A DNA stretch of 10,277 bases from a virus (lineage: Duplodnaviria; Heunggongvirae; Uroviricota; Caudoviricetes), in the IMG/VR virus record IMGVR_UViG_2671180454_000011; one strand, written 5' to 3'. The position numbers and the translations under genes are program-made. Below the pieces are notes generated by a model. The model was not told the DNA's origin and did no database searches. It saw only the letters and a list, made by a program, of their open reading frames with translations. Below are positions 4,970-10,277 of the stretch, piece after piece (position 1 is the first letter of the stretch; each line of letters opens with the position of its first letter).

Positions 4970-7150
4970 ATGAGCAAATTCACAGTTGATAGTTTTATCG
5001 TTGAACTTAGTTTCAGTGAAAACGTTATTAAGGGCTTGCAAAGAGTTGAAAAGGCAGCTTTGCAGTCAGCACAAAGAATTGAACGCAATTTGAATAGAGC
5101 GTTTAAGGTCGATACCAAGCAACTTGACAGCAATCTGACAAGTTCTTTAGGGCAGCTTGAAAGGAAGTTTAATAAGACCTTTGACAAGATTGAGCAGAGA
5201 GCAAGAAGCACAAAAGCATTTCAGTTTGCCACCAGATTTAATGACACTGTTAATCCTCCAAAACAATCAAGGCAACCACGAATTAGCGGAAACAGAGCAA
5301 TCACAGCAGCGCATAGCGTGAATATGTCTAAGCTTGGTGATATTAATCCGCTGATGGCTAAAATGTTTAAAGCACAGTATTACAGCTTAAGCGGTAAGGC
5401 TGGTAATATTGGAAGTGAAAAGTTTAACGCTGAACTTGCAAAATTAAATCAATCTCTTCGTGAAACGTTGAATAAACTCAGGTCACAGACAAAGACCGCC
5501 AGCATTAACAATACAAGCGACGCATTTAATAATCTTGCAAGCAATGCGATTAAATTATCTGGTGCATTTTACTCTGTGATGGGTGCTCTTAACGCTTACA
5601 AGGCCATTATGAATGCAGGTCTTAAACGAGATTCCGCACAGAGAGCCGCTAAGTTTGTACTTGGTGATAAAGCATCTGAAGCTGAGGTATTTATTCGAAA
5701 TTTAGCAGACAAGACAGGTCTTAATATCTCTGAAGGGCTATCAAGCTACGCTAAGTTTGCAGCAGGTGCTCAGGGTTCTATGTCACAGGAACAGACACAG
5801 GAGCTATTTGGTAATGCAACGGCTATGAGTCGCTTAATGGGGCTTTCTAACGATGAGCTAAACGGCATTTTGAGAGCATTTGAGCAGATGGCGAGCAAGG
5901 GCAAGATTCAGGCTGAGGAATTACGTGGGCAGTTAGGTGACCGTATGGCTGGTGCATTTAAGCTATTCGCTGAAGCATTGGGTATGACTGCTACAGAGCT
6001 TGATGCAGCCATGAAAAACGGGAAGGTACTTTCCGCTGATACTCTCCCTAAAGTCGCTAAACAGATGGGCTTGATGATTGATAAAGCGGGTGGCTGGGCT
6101 GAAGTCACTAAGAGCACTCAGACAGCTTTAGGTAAGTTAGCAAACAATTGGGATGATACGATGGTGAAAATCTTCTCAGGTTCACAGGATGAGCTAAACG
6201 GCTTCTTATCCAGCCTGAGTAACCTGCTTAGTGAAATGGGGATGAGTTCTTCTATCGCTGGTGATGCTATCGGTGGACTTATCGACATGCTTAAAGCTGG
6301 TGTAGATGATATTCGCGTATTCAATAACACCATTGAAGGCTGGATTTTACAGACTAAGAAGTTCTATTACAGCCTTGATGACACTAAACGAAAACTACTT
6401 GATGAAGTCGGTGATGGTTTTATCAACTTCGTCAAAGGTCTTGCTATAGCGTTATCTGCAAAGACGCTATTCAGTGCTACTACAGGGGTTATGAACCTGA
6501 CAAGAGCAATCACAACGTTAGGTACAAGAGCTAATCAGGTGGCTGGTCAGGTAGCTACTGGTAAAGGTGGTGGAAAACTGAAAGGTGTAGCTGGTGGTGT
6601 AGGTAGTGCTCTTGCAATTGGTTATGCTGATGACGGTTATGAAACAGCGTTAGCATTAGCTTCAATGATTCCACAAATCAGAGGCGTCACTCTTGGTTTA
6701 TATGCATTGAAGAAAGCACTGGATTTTATGAATCAGGAAGTAGTCAAAAACGCTAATATGCATCCGTCTGGGGTAGGTGTGGGTAGTGACTTTAATCCCG
6801 TGTATTCTGGTGACCCTAATAAACCGAATATGATTAACGAAGGATGGAGTAGAATTTTTAGTTCAATGGGTGAATTGTTTAACAATGCCACAATGAATAT
6901 TGCAAGATTCAATCATCCAGAGTTAAACAACATTAAGCAAGATTCAGCATTAACGAGTGCAGATATTCAGGGTCTGAGGGATGAAATTAGTGCTTTGAGT
7001 AAGCGTATTCAGGAGCCAGTGAAAGTTTCACTTGGTGGTCAAGTTGTCGTTCGACCAGATGAACCATCTTTCTTTACTTTCAATCAATCAGCTAATGACC
7101 AGTTCACGCAGGATATGCTCTTAAGTTCAAGCTATCCAGAGGAAGAATGA
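4970..7150 (+). CDS. Tail tape-measure-domain protein (726 aa)
   Basis: ORF track; AAGAGGTGA SD upstream of ATG 4970. Contains the conserved tape-measure core …FVLGDKASEAEVFIRNLADKTGL…ASKGKIQAEELRGQLGDRMAGAFKLFAEALGMTATELDAAMKNGKVLSADTLPKVAKQMG… recognised from memory, a coiled-coil-rich N-terminus and a Gly-rich hydrophobic middle (GKGGGKLKGVAGGVGSALAIGYADDGYE). Role as a true tail ruler is uncertain because no other tail or head genes are in the window. Confidence 0.8.
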   Translation: MSKFTVDSFIVELSFSENVIKGLQRVEKAALQSAQRIERNLNRAFKVDTKQLDSNLTSSLGQLERKFNKTFDKIEQRARSTKAFQFATRFNDTVNPPKQSRQPRISGNRAITAAHSVNMSKLGDINPLMAKMFKAQYYSLSGKAGNIGSEKFNAELAKLNQSLRETLNKLRSQTKTASINNTSDAFNNLASNAIKLSGAFYSVMGALNAYKAIMNAGLKRDSAQRAAKFVLGDKASEAEVFIRNLADKTGLNISEGLSSYAKFAAGAQGSMSQEQTQELFGNATAMSRLMGLSNDELNGILRAFEQMASKGKIQAEELRGQLGDRMAGAFKLFAEALGMTATELDAAMKNGKVLSADTLPKVAKQMGLMIDKAGGWAEVTKSTQTALGKLANNWDDTMVKIFSGSQDELNGFLSSLSNLLSEMGMSSSIAGDAIGGLIDMLKAGVDDIRVFNNTIEGWILQTKKFYYSLDDTKRKLLDEVGDGFINFVKGLAIALSAKTLFSATTGVMNLTRAITTLGTRANQVAGQVATGKGGGKLKGVAGGVGSALAIGYADDGYETALALASMIPQIRGVTLGLYALKKALDFMNQEVVKNANMHPSGVGVGSDFNPVYSGDPNKPNMINEGWSRIFSSMGELFNNATMNIARFNHPELNNIKQDSALTSADIQGLRDEISALSKRIQEPVKVSLGGQVVVRPDEPSFFTFNQSANDQFTQDMLLSSSYPEEE

Positions 7151-7157
7151 TTTAACG

Positions 7158-7998
<841 letters not shown>

Positions 7999-8020
7999 TG
8001 TGCAAAATGGCATCTGAATC

Positions 8021-8125
8021 GATCGCAGTTTGGCATTCGAATCGATCATGATTTGGCATCCATCTCCGATCACAGTTTGGCATCACAATCGATCACGATT
8101 TGGCATACTTCCGATCATTGATTGG
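8021..8125. repeat. Five direct repeats of GATC-N4-TTTGGCAT (last copy degenerate) with 22-24 bp spacing at the IS left end; candidate multiple transposase-binding sites
   Basis: GATC at 8021, 8044, 8068, 8091, 8113; TTTGGCAT at 8029, 8052, 8076, 8099; a sixth partial copy AAATGGCAT at 8005. Counted by hand. Multiple subterminal repeats are a known hallmark of IS21-family ends. Confidence 0.7.
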
Positions 8126-8201
8126 AATTCGCCAGTCACTCCGGGAATTAACTCTTTTCACCACAGTCTCCATTGCCGTGTTTAAACCAGTGGAGACGTC
8201 A

Positions 8202-9767
8202 ATGTCCAAAAAGAGAAAATCCAGGAGCACTATGGAAACTTGTTTTAAGATCCTTCAGCTCAAGTTCGATAAGAAGCTGACTAACCGTTGTATCGGACTG
8301 ACGTTACACATCAGCGCCTCAACCGTTTTTGAGGTTCTTGCCCGCTTCAAAGCCTCTTCTCTGTCATGGCCATTACCTGCGGATATATCCCATGACACGC
8401 TGGAGAAACTCATTTTCCCGCCCAAAGACACCTCTGCGTCAGAGCTTGTTATGCCTGACATGCTGTACTTCGATACGGAAATGAGAAAACCTGGCGTGAC
8501 GCGCCAACTGTTGTGGATGGAATACAAGGCACAGGCGGGTGACAAAGCGATGGGATACTCACACTTCTGCCGTTGCTACCGGAAGTGGAAAAAAACGCGA
8601 CGCCTCTCCATGCGACAGGAGCATCGTGCTGGCGAAAAGCTCTTTATCGACTTCTGTGGTCCTACGGTCCCTGTTATTAATCCGGACACCGGAGAGATAC
8701 GCCGCGTGGCAATCTTCGTGGCTGTAATGGGGGCGTCCAACTATACCTATGTTGAAGCGTGCGAAGGTCAGGACATGATGTCATGGTTAAATGCCCACAG
8801 CCGTTGCCTGACCTTCCTGGGCGGCGTACCGAAGCTGCTCATCCCCGATAACCTCAGAAGCGCAGTGAAAAAAGCCGATCGCTATGAGCCTGTCATCAAC
8901 GACAGTTATCAGGCGCTGGCTGAGCACTATGGCACGGTTATTATCCCGGCCCGCCCGCGCAAACCTAAAGATAAACCAAAAGCAGAAAACGGCGTCCTCA
9001 TCGTCGAGCGATGGCTTCTTGCCCGCATCCGTAATGAAACCTTCCACACGCTCAGGGCGCTGAATGCACGCCTTCGGGAGTTGCTGACGGACATGAATAA
9101 CCGACCAATGAAGGGATACGGTAATCAAACCCGCGCAGAACGCTTCCGCATGCTGGATGCACCAGCACTCTCTCCGCTGCCTCTGGAGCCTTATGAATAC
9201 ACGGAATACAAAGCCGTGAAGGTTGGCCCTGACTACCACGTTGAATATGCCCGTCACTGGTACTCCGTTCCACACGAACTGGTCGGTCAGCGTCTGTCAC
9301 TGAAGGTGGGGCAGTCGGTGGTACAGCTCTGGCACAAGGGGCAGTGTGTGGCGCAACATCCGCGCAGCACACATGAATATAAACACACAACCAATCCGCT
9401 TCACATGCCAGAACGCCACCGGCGGCATGGGACATGGACACCGGAACGCCTTATCGAGCAGGGAAACCGTACAGGTCCGTCCACAGGCCGGGTGGTTGAA
9501 TCCATGCTGAAAGCCAAACCCCATCCGGAGCTGGCTTACCGTGCAGTCCTGGGTCTGCTGGCACTTCAGAAAAAATACGGCCCGGAACGGCTGGAAAAGG
9601 CCTGTTACGTTGCCCTGCACTATAACGCCCCGGACAGACGCTTTATCGACAATCTGCTGCGTCATCATCGGGATAACGTTGAGCTTCCGTTATCCCGCCA
9701 GGGCGAACAACATCCGGCATATGCTTCAGAGCATGAAAACCTGCGTGGTCCTGGCTACTACCACTGA
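8202..9767 (+). CDS. istA: IS21-family transposase IstA (N-terminal HTH, DDE catalytic core)
   Basis: ORF track 8100..9767 (TTG start); ATG 8202 preferred (GGAGA SD 5 nt upstream). N-terminal HTH-like …LTNRCIGLTLHISASTVFEVL…, then a DDE-type core ending in the …PRKPKDKPKAENGV… block typical of IS21-family IstA, from memory. Confidence 0.85.
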   Translation: MSKKRKSRSTMETCFKILQLKFDKKLTNRCIGLTLHISASTVFEVLARFKASSLSWPLPADISHDTLEKLIFPPKDTSASELVMPDMLYFDTEMRKPGVTRQLLWMEYKAQAGDKAMGYSHFCRCYRKWKKTRRLSMRQEHRAGEKLFIDFCGPTVPVINPDTGEIRRVAIFVAVMGASNYTYVEACEGQDMMSWLNAHSRCLTFLGGVPKLLIPDNLRSAVKKADRYEPVINDSYQALAEHYGTVIIPARPRKPKDKPKAENGVLIVERWLLARIRNETFHTLRALNARLRELLTDMNNRPMKGYGNQTRAERFRMLDAPALSPLPLEPYEYTEYKAVKVGPDYHVEYARHWYSVPHELVGQRLSLKVGQSVVQLWHKGQCVAQHPRSTHEYKHTTNPLHMPERHRRHGTWTPERLIEQGNRTGPSTGRVVESMLKAKPHPELAYRAVLGLLALQKKYGPERLEKACYVALHYNAPDRRFIDNLLRHHRDNVELPLSRQGEQHPAYASEHENLRGPGYYH

Positions 9768-9783
9768 CAGAAGGAACAACCGT

Positions 9784-10277
9784 ATGAGTGATAATCTGTT
9801 AAACAAACTGACCCAACTGAAACTCCCGGCGATGGCCGGGAGCCTGATACGGCAACGGGAAACGCCTCAGACTTACGACGAACTGTCGTTCGAGGAAAGG
9901 CTGACACTGCTGGTTGATGACGAGCTTCTGAGCAGAGAAAACAGTCGTGTGGCACGGTTGAGAAAAAATGCCTGCCTGAAATATCAGGCAACACCGGAAG
10001 GGCTGCGTTATCCGGCCTCAAGAGGTCTGCGGGCTGAACAGATGAGGGAACTGCTGAACGGCCACTACATAATCCACAGGAAAAACCTACTGATAACCGG
10101 TCCGACAGGATGCGGTAAGAGCTGGATAGCCAATGCGCTGGGCGAACAGGCATGTCGACAGAAATACAGCGTCCGGTACTGTAGAACCGGGCGATTACTG
10201 GAACAGTTGGCTCAGGGACGTGTTGATGGCAGTTGGCTGAAATATCTGAAACAGTTGCAAAAAATACAGGTTCTAAT
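9784..10277 (+). CDS. istB: IS21-family helper ATPase IstB, 5' part (continues beyond window)
   Basis: Manual translation from ATG 9784 (AAGGA SD 9 nt upstream): MSDNLLNKLTQLKLPAMAGS…NLLITGPTGCGKSWIANALGEQA… with a Walker A motif (GPTGCGKS); open to the window end. Not in the ORF track because no stop is reached. Confidence 0.85.
   Translation, partial: MSDNLLNKLTQLKLPAMAGSLIRQRETPQTYDELSFEERLTLLVDDELLSRENSRVARLRKNACLKYQATPEGLRYPASRGLRAEQMRELLNGHYIIHRKNLLITGPTGCGKSWIANALGEQACRQKYSVRYCRTGRLLEQLAQGRVDGSWLKYLKQLQKIQVL

Larger units (their letters stand above)
7999..10277 (+). mobile_element. IS21-family insertion sequence, left end and most of the body; right end lies beyond the window
   Basis: Abrupt shift to more GC-rich sequence at about 8000; TGT-initiated terminus followed by phased direct repeats; istA-like and istB-like genes in the canonical order with a 16-bp gap. 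Left boundary is approximate (±15 bp). Confidence 0.8.

Noticed and set aside
4856-6333. Minus-strand ORFs 4856..5041, 4951..5211, 5908..6117 and 6118..6333
   Set aside because: All lie antisense within or at the start of the tape-measure gene, whose conserved domain fixes the coding strand.
8029-8047. tRNA T-loop-like TTCGAATC motif
   Set aside because: It occurs inside the IS direct repeats, with no acceptor, anticodon or D-arm context.
8021-8125. CRISPR-like regularly spaced repeats
   Set aside because: Units are ~16 bp with ~7-bp spacers on a 23-bp period, far too short for a CRISPR array, and they sit at an IS21-family terminus where multiple transposase-binding repeats are expected.
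8100-8201. TTG-initiated N-terminal extension of istA
   Set aside because: It overlaps the IS terminal repeats and has no SD; ATG 8202 with a GGAGA SD is the likely start.
8255-10153. ORFs inside the IS in other frames or on the minus strand (8255..8545, 8539..8727, 8787..9275, 9052..9441, 9297..9668, 9758..10153)
   Set aside because: They overlap istA/istB in alternative frames; GC-richer DNA produces long spurious ORFs, and istA/istB are supported by motifs.

Overview
AT-rich, almost entirely + strand-coded accessory region that looks phage- or plasmid-derived, interrupted at about 7999 by a visibly more GC-rich IS21-family insertion sequence that runs off the right edge. All calls rest on manual translation and motif recognition from memory; no database search or computed statistic was possible. 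From left to right: (1) the 3' end of a gene (3..320) whose product ends in a resolvase/invertase-type helix-turn-helix; (2) a ~380-bp non-coding region with palindromes and promoter-like hexamers; (3) a replication-initiator-like gene (703..1656) with a winged-helix-like N-terminus, a long acidic low-complexity tail, and four exactly 22-bp-phased iterons plus an AT-rich tract inside its own coding sequence (lambda O/ori-like layout), translationally coupled to a 98-aa ORF; (4) a convergent minus-strand gene for a 58-aa single-TM protein with its own promoter; (5) a run of small coupled ORFans (a tandem RHH-like protein, two ~72-aa proteins, a 101-aa protein and a 25-aa hydrophobic micro-ORF); (6) a 398-bp structured non-coding region; (7) 236-aa and 68-aa ORFs followed by a 726-aa protein carrying the conserved tail tape-measure domain, unusually close to the replication module; (8) a downstream gene that is both frameshifted and truncated by the IS; (9) the IS left end with five phased GATC-containing direct repeats, istA (complete) and istB (5' part). 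No rRNA, tRNA or CRISPR array was seen.
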